Below are positions 54,933-63,358 of a stretch of 64,000 nucleotides of DNA, piece by piece. The notes beneath the pieces were generated by a model. The model ran no database searches. It had not been told where the DNA came from and worked only from the letters and a program-made list of their open reading frames with translations. The position numbers and the translations under genes are program-made. Within the stretch, counting starts at the first letter, position 1. Every line of letters begins with the position of its first letter. Origin of the DNA: Bacillota bacterium (lineage in GTDB: Bacteria; Bacillota; Clostridia; Christensenellales; CAG-138); assembly GCA_023435025.1 (NCBI GenBank), contig JAEYSE010000020.1:16189-80188 (forward strand), given 5' to 3'.

Positions 54933-55808
54933 TCAGTGCAGCATGTTCTGCCCGCCGGTGACGGGAATGGCTTGGCCGGTCTCATAGGCCTGCTCCACGG
55001 CGTAGAATATGGCGCGCGCCACATCCTTGGGGAAGCAGCCGCGGCGCATGGGGACAAGGTTTTCATAATGCCGCTTGACGTCTGCGGTGGTTTTTGCCCC
55101 CGGCACCTTGCCGGCGTTTAAAAACTGCACGAACAGGCCGCGGTCCGGGTCCATCCACAAGGGGCCGTCCAGAAAGTTGCCCGGGCAGATGGCGTTGACC
55201 TTGATACGGTAGGGGCAAAGCTCCAGCGCGAAACTTTCCACAAGGCCGATACCGCCAAACTTGCTGCCTGCGTAGGCAAAATTCTTGTTGGATCCGGCAA
55301 GGCCACTTTTGGAGTTGATTTGTATGATATCCCCGGACCAATCCGGGTTTGCCTGGAACTGCGCTTTCATCACACGTGAAGCGTACTTGGTACAGAGGAA
55401 GAACGCAGTGTAGTTAATGGAGGTGACGAATTCAAAATCCTTCTTCTCCAGCTCATCTAGGCTGCCGGCCTTCAGTACGCCGACGTTGCTTATAAACAGG
55501 TCCAGCCCGTGAAAGCGCTCCACGGTTGCGCCGATCATGGCTGCAACGCTTTCTTCATTTGATACATCTACTTTTACAGCGAAAGCACGTTCGCCAAGCT
55601 CGGCGGCGACCTCAGCGGCCATAGCTTCGTTCAAATCCGCCAGCACAACGCATGCGCCCTCACGGTATAATTCCTCCGCAATGCCACGGCCAAAGCCCTG
55701 CGCGCTGCCCGTGACAATGGCGATTTTACCGCCCAGCCTGCCCGGAACGCTCACGCGATCTTTTGCGTAATTCGCGGCAAGTTGTTCCCATTTGCCCATG
55801 TCCAGCAT
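54933..55808 (-). CDS. SDR-family oxidoreductase (sorbitol-6-phosphate-dehydrogenase-like)
   Basis: TGSAQGFGRGIAEEL cofactor motif and catalytic YAGSK. Start trimmed to 55808 (RBS GGGAGGAAAC). Confidence 0.8.
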   Translation of the reverse strand: MLDMGKWEQLAANYAKDRVSVPGRLGGKIAIVTGSAQGFGRGIAEELYREGACVVLADLNEAMAAEVAAELGERAFAVKVDVSNEESVAAMIGATVERFHGLDLFISNVGVLKAGSLDELEKKDFEFVTSINYTAFFLCTKYASRVMKAQFQANPDWSGDIIQINSKSGLAGSNKNFAYAGSKFGGIGLVESFALELCPYRIKVNAICPGNFLDGPLWMDPDRGLFVQFLNAGKVPGAKTTADVKRHYENLVPMRRGCFPKDVARAIFYAVEQAYETGQAIPVTGGQNMLH

Positions 55809-55966
55809 GTTCGTTTCCTCCCGGTAACAAATAATGCACCTATGCATGTAAGAGTCTGCTATATAGCATAGCATATCATACAGATACGAGCGGTGTAAAA
55901 TAATTTCACTACAGATGTTCAAAAGTAACAACAAAGTGCTATTCCATCACAAGAAATGAACATCGC

Positions 55967-55996
55967 TTGAAGTATTTGCCCTGTACATGCTATGAT
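55967..55996 (+). promoter_or_regulatory. Candidate sigma-A promoter of the two-component/ABC module
   Basis: TTGAAG (55967-55972), 18-nt spacer, TATGAT (55991-55996), 38 nt upstream of the response-regulator ATG. Confidence 0.5.
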
Positions 55997-56033
55997 GCCG
56001 GAGAAGGGAACAATTGTAAGGCAGGAGGAAACC

Positions 56034-56738
56034 ATGCAGCAGAATACGGGCGCTCCTGTGAGCATTTTGATTGTGGAAGACGACGCCGTCATTGCAAACC
56101 TCGTCGCAAAGGAGCTTGCGCGGTGGGGGTACCTCCCCTGCATGGTGGAGGATTTTTCCGATGTGATGCAGGCATTTTATAGGTGCCGCCCGCAGCTTGT
56201 GCTGATGGATATCGCGCTTCCCTACTATAACGGTTATTACTGGTGTACCGAAATCCGTAAGGTTTCCGATGCGCCTGTCGTATTTCTTTCCTCCCGGACG
56301 GAGGATATGGATATCGTCATGGCCATGCAGATGGGCGGGGACGATTATCTGACCAAGCCCTTTTCCATGGAGGTGCTTGTCGCAAAGCTGCAGGCTGTAT
56401 TGAGAAGAACCGGGGGGCAGCCAGTACAGGAGCTGGAGTTTTGCGGCGCGCGGCTATCACTGGCGGAAGGTTGCCTGTATACCGGGGAGGGAAAACTGGA
56501 GCTGACCAAGAACGAACTGCGCATCCTGCAGCTTTTGCTTTCCCACAAAGGACGGGTCGTTTCCCGGGAGGAGATCATGCTTCGGCTCTGGGACAGCGAC
56601 AGCTATATAGACGACAACACCCTCACCGTCAACATGAACCGCCTGCGGCGCAAACTGGAGCCTGCGGGCCTCTCCGGCTGTATTGTCACCCGCAAGGGGG
56701 AGGGCTACCAGCTTACTGAGGAGCAGGGGGAAGCGTAA
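56034..56738 (+). CDS. OmpR-family response regulator (BceR-like)
   Basis: Receiver domain (ILIVEDD, MDIALP) plus a winged-helix output domain (LTKNELRILQLL...VTRKGEGY). RBS AGGAGGAAACC. Confidence 0.9.
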   Translation: MQQNTGAPVSILIVEDDAVIANLVAKELARWGYLPCMVEDFSDVMQAFYRCRPQLVLMDIALPYYNGYYWCTEIRKVSDAPVVFLSSRTEDMDIVMAMQMGGDDYLTKPFSMEVLVAKLQAVLRRTGGQPVQELEFCGARLSLAEGCLYTGEGKLELTKNELRILQLLLSHKGRVVSREEIMLRLWDSDSYIDDNTLTVNMNRLRRKLEPAGLSGCIVTRKGEGYQLTEEQGEA

Positions 56739-56747
56739 GGGGGGAAT

Positions 56748-57776
56748 ATGCGCAAGCGGAAAAAGGAAGAAAAAAAGAGGCTTTCATTCTTCCGGGGCGT
56801 TCTTTCTTATATCGGCTACCGGTGGGCGCTGTTTTTGTTCTATCTTTTGAGCAATGTCCTGGTGGTCAGCTTTTGGGCGCTCAACGGTACGCCGGGGGGA
56901 GATATCCGGTACAGCGTGCTTTTAGGCGCGCTTGCGCTGATACTCATCGTGGGCCTGGACCTCTTTGCAATGTTGCGGCGGCTTCGGGCGCTCATCGAAA
57001 TCAGGGCGCACCTGCATGAATTTGAGCAGGAGCTTCCTGAGGGCGGTAACCGCGTGGAGCGTCTCTACTGTGAGATCGCGGATGGATACTTAACCCGCGC
57101 GCGGCAGGAAAAAGAGGAGCTTTCCATGTCTCATCGGGCGACCATTTCCTATTTTACATTGTGGATGCATCAGATCAAGACACCTATCGCCGCCTTGCGC
57201 CTGTTGCTGGAAAGCCCGGAGCTTGACCGTGCACTGTTTCAGCGCCAGCTGTTCGAGGTGGAGCGATACGCAGAGCTCGCCATGCAGTATGTGCGCTCGG
57301 CGGATATCTCAGCGGATCTTGTGCTGATGCCCTGCGAGCTCGAACCCCTTGTGCGCGAAAGTATCCGCAAATACGCGCCGCTATTTATTGCAAAAGGACT
57401 GGGCGCGGAAGTGGGGGATCTTTCGCTCAAAGTGCTTACCGATGCAAAGTGGTTCGCGTTCGTGTTTGAGCAGCTTCTCTCCAATGCCGTTAAATACACG
57501 CAGCAGGGCAGCGTTCGGGTATATGTGCAGGATAACGCGCTGATATTGGAGGACACCGGCTGCGGCATACGGCCGGAGGATATGCCTAGGGTATTTGAAA
57601 AAGGATATACCGGCTATAATGGCCGGCTCGATAAGCGTGCAAGCGGTATAGGCCTGTTCCTTGCGCGCCGCGTTTCAGACGCGCTGCGCATAAAGCTGGA
57701 GCTTGTATCGGCTTGGGGGAAGGGCACCAAGGCGGTTATACGGTTCCCACAGCAGGACCGCGAGGTATTCTCCTGA
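56748..57776 (+). CDS. Intramembrane-sensing histidine kinase (BceS-like)
   Basis: Two N-terminal TM helices with almost no extracytoplasmic loop. H-box MHQIKTPI, ATPase G-boxes EDTGCGI and GIGL. Confidence 0.88.
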   Translation: MRKRKKEEKKRLSFFRGVLSYIGYRWALFLFYLLSNVLVVSFWALNGTPGGDIRYSVLLGALALILIVGLDLFAMLRRLRALIEIRAHLHEFEQELPEGGNRVERLYCEIADGYLTRARQEKEELSMSHRATISYFTLWMHQIKTPIAALRLLLESPELDRALFQRQLFEVERYAELAMQYVRSADISADLVLMPCELEPLVRESIRKYAPLFIAKGLGAEVGDLSLKVLTDAKWFAFVFEQLLSNAVKYTQQGSVRVYVQDNALILEDTGCGIRPEDMPRVFEKGYTGYNGRLDKRASGIGLFLARRVSDALRIKLELVSAWGKGTKAVIRFPQQDREVFS

Positions 57777-57902
57777 CCCAATGTGACAAAACTGTAAGCT
57801 ACGTCCAGAAAACTGTAAGCCGGTTCGATGGATGCGACGCTATAGAATTTGATACGATTCCTCCATCATATTTGCCATTTGGGCAAAGAGGAGGCCTACT
57901 TA

Positions 57903-58667
57903 ATGGAACTGTTGAAGATCGATCATGTGCGGCGTATATTCAATACTCGTCTGGGGCTTAAGCAGTGTGTGGCGCTGCGGGACGTCAGCTTTGAAGTCGG
58001 TGCGGGGGAGTTCGTGGCCATTATGGGGCCCTCCGGCTCCGGCAAGTCCACGCTTTTGAATATCATCGCCTCGCTGGATAAACCGAGCGGGGGGGACGTC
58101 TACCTCTCCGGCCGCAGCCTTAAGGCAATCCCGGAGCGGGAACTTTCAGAATTTCGGCGCGACAACCTCGGGTTCGTGTTTCAGGATTTTAACCTGCTGG
58201 ATACATTCTCTTTGAAGGATAACATCCTGCTGCCGCTTGTTTTAAAGCGCACGCCGCTCGCGGAAATGGAGCAGCGGCTGTTGCCCGTGGCGCAGGAATT
58301 GCGCATTACTGAGCTGCTGAACAAATTCCCTTATGAGGTATCCGGCGGCGAAAAGCAGCGCGCAGCGGTTGGCCGGGCCATTATAACCAATCCGCAGCTC
58401 CTGCTGGCAGATGAGCCGACGGGGGCGCTTGACTCGCAGTCTTCGGCGAACCTTCTTGCCCTGTTCGGAAACCTGAATGAAAGAGGTCGTACCATACTGA
58501 TGGTGACGCACAGCGCGCTTGCGGCAAGCCACGCAGGGCGTGTGCTGTTTATACGCGACGGCGAGATTTTCAGTCAGCTTTACCGCGGGGAGGACAACAA
58601 CCGCGCCTTTTATGAGCGCATCATCCACAACCTGACCATATTGGAGGACGGAGGTGCGCAAGCGTGA
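57903..58667 (+). CDS. ABC transporter ATP-binding protein (BceA/MacB-type)
   Basis: GPSGSGKST, VSGGEKQR, LLLADEPTGALD. RBS AGAGGAGG. Confidence 0.9.
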   Translation: MELLKIDHVRRIFNTRLGLKQCVALRDVSFEVGAGEFVAIMGPSGSGKSTLLNIIASLDKPSGGDVYLSGRSLKAIPERELSEFRRDNLGFVFQDFNLLDTFSLKDNILLPLVLKRTPLAEMEQRLLPVAQELRITELLNKFPYEVSGGEKQRAAVGRAIITNPQLLLADEPTGALDSQSSANLLALFGNLNERGRTILMVTHSALAASHAGRVLFIRDGEIFSQLYRGEDNNRAFYERIIHNLTILEDGGAQA

Positions 58668-60370
58668 ATAAGGGCTTTTATTTTCGGCTGGCGCGCTCAA
58701 ATGTCATGCGAAGCCGCCAGGTCTATGTGCCGTACTTTTTAGCCACGGCCATCATCAGCGGCGTATATTTTCTGATACTCGCCATGATATTCTCCCCGGG
58801 GCTCAAAAACGTACCGGGAGGGCAGACCGCGCAGGCGATGTTTGTTGCGGGTATTGTCGTGTTTACACTGTTTGCGTTCTTCTTTATGCTCTATATCAAC
58901 GCATTCCTGGTCAAGCGCAGGAAAAAAGAGTTTGGCCTGTATAGCGTGCTGGGCATGAACCGGCGGCAGGTGGCGCGCGTGCTCAAATGGGAAAACCTCA
59001 TTGTGGTGGGGGCCGGCGTTCTCGCGGGCATCGCACTGGGCATCGCGGTGGGAAGATTGCTCTTTTTGCTGCTGATGCATATGCTGCACGCGGCGGAAGG
59101 CAGTACATTCGTGCTTCCATGGTTTGCGTTTGCGGGAACCGCGCTGCTGTTTTTTGCGGTGTTTGTAGCAACCTCCATCTACAACGGCATCCGTATCCGC
59201 GTTGCCGATACGGCGGAGCTTCTAAAGAGCGACCGTAAAGGCGAAAAAGAGTCAAAAACCGTTTTGCCCGCAACCATATTGGGCCTGCTGCTGTTGGGAG
59301 GGGCTTATCTGGTGGCCATTTTCTCCAACAACACCGGGATGGCGATGGGGCTGTTCTTTCCGGCTTCCTTCATCGTCATTATTGCGACGTACCTTTTGTT
59401 CAACGCTGGCAGCATCGCATTTTTGCGGGGGCTCAGGCGCAACAAGAAGCTCTACTATCAGCCGGAAAACTTTATTTCAATCTCCTCCATGTTTCACCGC
59501 ATGCGCCAGAACGCGCGAGGGCTTGCAAGCATCTGCGTATTCTCCACAATGCTCATCGTAACGGTGGCGGGGACGTCTTCGCTTTATCTTGGGCAGGAGC
59601 AGATTTTAAGAGAAATGCATCCGTATGATCTGCGCATGTCCCTGCGGGACATGAAGGCGGAAACCTATTTAGAAGTTGATGAACTTCTGGGAAAGCTTGC
59701 CGCCGAGCATCATGTGGAACTATCCGCAACGCCGGAAAAGCTTGTGACCCCGGAGAATGCGCCGGAGAACAACATCGGGATGATCGTGCGCCATGAGAAC
59801 TCCGAGTTTGTACAATTGCAGAATGGATTGGTGCTCGACAAGGTATTAATGCTGGATATTAAGGGTTCGGAACAGGACGGAATGGCATTTGTATCCGCGT
59901 TTGAGGAGACAATGCTCCAAAAATTTGAGGGCGTGGGCAGCGCAAACGATATCTACTCCGCGCGTACCAACGGCTATGGCGTATATGGCGGCCTTTTGTT
60001 CCTGGGCGTATTCTTCGGGGTGCTGTTCCTTGCGGTGACGGTGCTGATGATCTATTTCAAGCAGGTCACGGAAGGGCAGGAGGACAAGGAGCGCTTTGAA
60101 ATCCTGCAAAAGGTGGGCATGCAGGACGAAGAGGTAAAGGATACTATCAACAAACAGATATTGTGGGTGTTCTTCCTGCCTCTCATTGGCGCGCTCATGC
60201 ATATTCTTGCCGCAAGCAACATGATCTCAAAGATGCTTGAAGTATTTAGCCTGTATGACAAAACGCTTACACTGGGCTGCATAATCGTTACATCCGCCGT
60301 ATTTGCGCTGGTATATCTGGTTGTTTACCGCCAGACGGCGAACGTATACTATAAAATGGTCAGAAGATAG
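58664..60370 (+). CDS. FtsX-domain ABC permease (BceB-like)
   Basis: Ten predicted TM segments with a large extracytoplasmic domain between the two TM bundles. 4-bp overlap with the ATPase gene. Confidence 0.85.
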   Translation: MNKGFYFRLARSNVMRSRQVYVPYFLATAIISGVYFLILAMIFSPGLKNVPGGQTAQAMFVAGIVVFTLFAFFFMLYINAFLVKRRKKEFGLYSVLGMNRRQVARVLKWENLIVVGAGVLAGIALGIAVGRLLFLLLMHMLHAAEGSTFVLPWFAFAGTALLFFAVFVATSIYNGIRIRVADTAELLKSDRKGEKESKTVLPATILGLLLLGGAYLVAIFSNNTGMAMGLFFPASFIVIIATYLLFNAGSIAFLRGLRRNKKLYYQPENFISISSMFHRMRQNARGLASICVFSTMLIVTVAGTSSLYLGQEQILREMHPYDLRMSLRDMKAETYLEVDELLGKLAAEHHVELSATPEKLVTPENAPENNIGMIVRHENSEFVQLQNGLVLDKVLMLDIKGSEQDGMAFVSAFEETMLQKFEGVGSANDIYSARTNGYGVYGGLLFLGVFFGVLFLAVTVLMIYFKQVTEGQEDKERFEILQKVGMQDEEVKDTINKQILWVFFLPLIGALMHILAASNMISKMLEVFSLYDKTLTLGCIIVTSAVFALVYLVVYRQTANVYYKMVRR

Positions 60371-60388
60371 GGAAGAGAAAAGAAAAGG

Positions 60389-60412
60389 GACTGCCGATAT
60401 TTTTGGGCAGTC
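60389..60412 (+). terminator. Stem-loop after the permease gene (probable terminator)
   Basis: GACTGCC (60389-60395) pairs with GGCAGTC (60406-60412), followed by T-rich TCTTATTCGTTTTTT. Confidence 0.5.
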
Positions 60413-60414
60413 TC

Positions 60415-60852
60415 TTATTCGTTTTTTAGATGCTGTTCGGCGTGAAGCTTTACTACAAGCTTCTCAATATTCTCCACCGTACGGCGGTTGAAAAAATGCT
60501 CGATCAGCTCCACCTGCTCCAAATCCTCCGGCACGCCGTTAACGATACATAAAAACTCATGCAGTACGTCATGCCGGTACAAAAGGTAATTTCCTTCCGC
60601 CTCCCCCTGCGGCGTAAGCTTCAAGTAAGCGTAGGGGTGGTATTCCACAAGTCCCCGGGATGCGAGCTGCTGCATCATCTTGGTTACGGAGGAAGGTTTC
60701 ACATTCAGACTTTCCGCCACGGCCTGTACGCGCACAACGGGGTCCAGGCGAGAAAGGCGGCAGATCATTTCCAGATAATCCTCCATCGTCCGCGTGATGG
60801 CGCGCTTTTGCACGCGGTCATAGCCATCCAGCGTACGGAATTCGCTTTTCAT
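60415..60852 (-). CDS. DtxR/MntR-family metal-dependent transcriptional repressor
   Basis: EDYLEMICRL... winged HTH VSSVTKMMQQLASRGLVEY plus the dimerisation/metal domain HDVLHEFL. Confidence 0.85.
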   Translation of the reverse strand: MKSEFRTLDGYDRVQKRAITRTMEDYLEMICRLSRLDPVVRVQAVAESLNVKPSSVTKMMQQLASRGLVEYHPYAYLKLTPQGEAEGNYLLYRHDVLHEFLCIVNGVPEDLEQVELIEHFFNRRTVENIEKLVVKLHAEQHLKNE

Positions 60853-60911
60853 ATTTCACTCCTTTCACCCTTTTTTCCCCCGCCGCATACAATTGTTTCA
60901 GGGAAACTTCC

Positions 60912-60925
60912 TTGCACCCGTGCAA
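60912..60925. promoter_or_regulatory. Perfect palindrome TTGCAC-CC-GTGCAA in the mntR-like/feoA divergent region
   Basis: 6-bp perfect arms. Candidate metalloregulator operator. Confidence 0.35.
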
Positions 60926-60993
60926 CAGCAAGGCAGGGGATGCAGCGGAAAACCCTTCTATTTAGTGAAGCATATGAAAGGAACGGAAAGAGT

Positions 60994-61224
60994 ATGATGG
61001 AAAGTCTTCTGCAGGCCCCCATGGGCGTAGCGGTACGAATTGCATCCCTCTACGCAGGCGATACGATGCGCAGGCGGCTTTTAGATATGGGCCTGACGCC
61101 CGGCGCGTGCGCAACCTGCTTATACGAGGCGCCTTCGGGCGACCCCAAGGCGTATTTTATCCGCGGCGCGGTGGTGGCGCTGCGCAATGAAGATGCTTCG
61201 ACCATAGGGCTGATGCCGGTATAG
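60994..61224 (+). CDS. feoA: FeoA-family ferrous iron transport protein A
   Basis: SH3-like FeoA pattern: RRRLLDMGLTPGA...IRGAVVALRNEDA. Confidence 0.85.
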   Translation: MMESLLQAPMGVAVRIASLYAGDTMRRRLLDMGLTPGACATCLYEAPSGDPKAYFIRGAVVALRNEDASTIGLMPV

Positions 61225-61233
61225 GAGGCGGGA

Positions 61234-63351
61234 ATGGAGGAGCAGTTCAGGCCAACGCCGATCTTGCAGATACATAGGGAACAGGACACCGATATGGTCA
61301 TAGCCTTGGCTGGCAACCCCAACGTAGGGAAATCCACCGTGTTTAACACGCTGACAGGCATGCGCCAGCATACGGGGAACTGGCCGGGGAAGACAGTGGC
61401 GAGCGCCCAGGGCCGCGCCGTATTCCGCAAGGCGGGGTATGTGCTGGTGGATCTGCCCGGTACGTATTCGCTCATGGCACATTCTACGGAGGAGGAAATC
61501 GCACGGGATTTCCTCCTTTTTGGCGGTGCTGAAGCCGCCGTAGTGGTCTGCGATGCCACCTGTCTGGAGCGAAACTTAAACCTTGTGCTGCAAACGCTGG
61601 AACTTGCGCCGCGTACCGTCGTCTGTGTGAATCTGATGGATGAGGCGGCAAAGAAGGGCGTCAGGCTGGATCTTCCAAAGTTGGAGCATATGCTCGGGGT
61701 ACCGGTGGTGGGAACTTCCGCGCGGGAAAACAAGGGTTTGGATGTACTGATGGCCCGCGTAGAAGAAATGGTGGCGCAGCGTGAAAAAGTGCCGTTTGAG
61801 GTCCGCTATGCACCCGCCGTGGAGGAAGTGGTATCCATACTGCAGCCTGTACTTTCCGAACTGCCGCTTCAAAACCTTCCAACTCGGTTTGCGGCCTTAA
61901 AGCTGTTGGAAGGGGACCAAACGCTGCTTACCCGCATAAAAGAACAGCTTGGGCTTGATCTCCCGGCGCTTTTAAGCGAGCCGCTTTCCCGCGCACGGGA
62001 GGCGCTTCGCGTCGGAGGCTGCGAGGACCTCGAAAACGCGTTGGTAGCAGGGCTGTATCGCGAGGCGGAACGCCTTGCCGCAGCCTGCGTGACGCAAACC
62101 AAAGAGGAGTATCAGGTGCGGCAGTGGAAGCTTGATAAACTGCTCACTGGCAAATGGACGGGTACACTCATCATGCTGCTTCTGCTCGCGGTGGTGTTCT
62201 ACATTACAATCGCGGGCGCAAACGTACCCTCTCGGCTGCTTTCACAAGGGCTGTTCTGGGTAGGGGACCGGTTTTCGGAAGGGTTGCTGGGGGTGGGCGC
62301 GCCGGAATGGTTGCGCAGCATGCTGGTGGACGGGATATACCGGGTGCTCGCCTGGGTGGTATCCGTCATGCTGCCACCCATGGCGATATTCTTCCCACTG
62401 TTTACGCTGCTGGAGGACTTGGGTATGCTGCCGCGCGTGGCATTCAACCTGGACCACCGCTTCCGCAAATGCAACGCCTGCGGAAAACAGTCCCTCACAC
62501 ATTGTATGGGCTTTGGCTGCAATGCCGCAGGGGTCATAGGCTGCCGGATCATAGACAGCCCGCGTGAGCGGCTGATCGCCATATTGACCAACAACTTCGC
62601 CCCCTGCAATGGGAGATTTCCAACTCTAATCGCTATACTCACCATATTCTTTGTAGGCACTGCCGCACGCCCGGGCGACGGCGCAGTTGCGGCACTGCTG
62701 CTTACCTCCATTATTGCGCTGGGGGTGATGGCTACATTTCTGTCCTCCTGGCTGCTCTCCAAGACCATATTAAAAGGGGAAGCATCCGCATTCACGCTTG
62801 AGCTTCCGCCTTTTCGGAGACCGCAGATCGGCAAGGTCATTGTTCGCTCCATATTTGACCGCACGCTGTTTGTATTAAGCCGAGCGGTCGCGATTGCGGC
62901 CCCGGCCGGGCTTGTGATCTGGATACTAGCCAATGTGCAGGTTGGCGGCCTTACACTGCTTGCACACGGTACGGCGTTCTTGGATCCGTTCGCCCGCTTC
63001 TTCGGGCTGGACGGCGTGATTTTGATGGCGTTCATACTTGGCCTGCCCGCCAACGAAATCGTCATTCCGATCATTTTGATGACGTATCTGTCCCGGGGCA
63101 GCATTCTGGAATACGACTCGTTGGCCTCGCTTTCCGCGCTGCTTACCCAAAACGGGTGGACGTGGGTGACAGCCGTGTGCGTTGTGTTGTTCTGCCTGAT
63201 GCACTGGCCCTGCTCGACCACGCTTTTGACCATAAAAAAAGAAACCGGCAGCTTAAAATGGATGGCCGTCGGGTTCCTGCTTCCCACCATATTTGGGCTA
63301 GCTGCCTGCGCGTTGGTTGCGAATTTGGCGAGGCTATTCGGGCTAGCGTAA
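61234..63351 (+). CDS. feoB: Ferrous iron transport protein B
   Basis: G-domain GNPNVGKST, DLPGTYS, NLMD, followed by the polytopic gate domain. RBS AGGAGG. Confidence 0.93.
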   Translation: MEEQFRPTPILQIHREQDTDMVIALAGNPNVGKSTVFNTLTGMRQHTGNWPGKTVASAQGRAVFRKAGYVLVDLPGTYSLMAHSTEEEIARDFLLFGGAEAAVVVCDATCLERNLNLVLQTLELAPRTVVCVNLMDEAAKKGVRLDLPKLEHMLGVPVVGTSARENKGLDVLMARVEEMVAQREKVPFEVRYAPAVEEVVSILQPVLSELPLQNLPTRFAALKLLEGDQTLLTRIKEQLGLDLPALLSEPLSRAREALRVGGCEDLENALVAGLYREAERLAAACVTQTKEEYQVRQWKLDKLLTGKWTGTLIMLLLLAVVFYITIAGANVPSRLLSQGLFWVGDRFSEGLLGVGAPEWLRSMLVDGIYRVLAWVVSVMLPPMAIFFPLFTLLEDLGMLPRVAFNLDHRFRKCNACGKQSLTHCMGFGCNAAGVIGCRIIDSPRERLIAILTNNFAPCNGRFPTLIAILTIFFVGTAARPGDGAVAALLLTSIIALGVMATFLSSWLLSKTILKGEASAFTLELPPFRRPQIGKVIVRSIFDRTLFVLSRAVAIAAPAGLVIWILANVQVGGLTLLAHGTAFLDPFARFFGLDGVILMAFILGLPANEIVIPIILMTYLSRGSILEYDSLASLSALLTQNGWTWVTAVCVVLFCLMHWPCSTTLLTIKKETGSLKWMAVGFLLPTIFGLAACALVANLARLFGLA

Positions 63352-63358
63352 TGGAATT

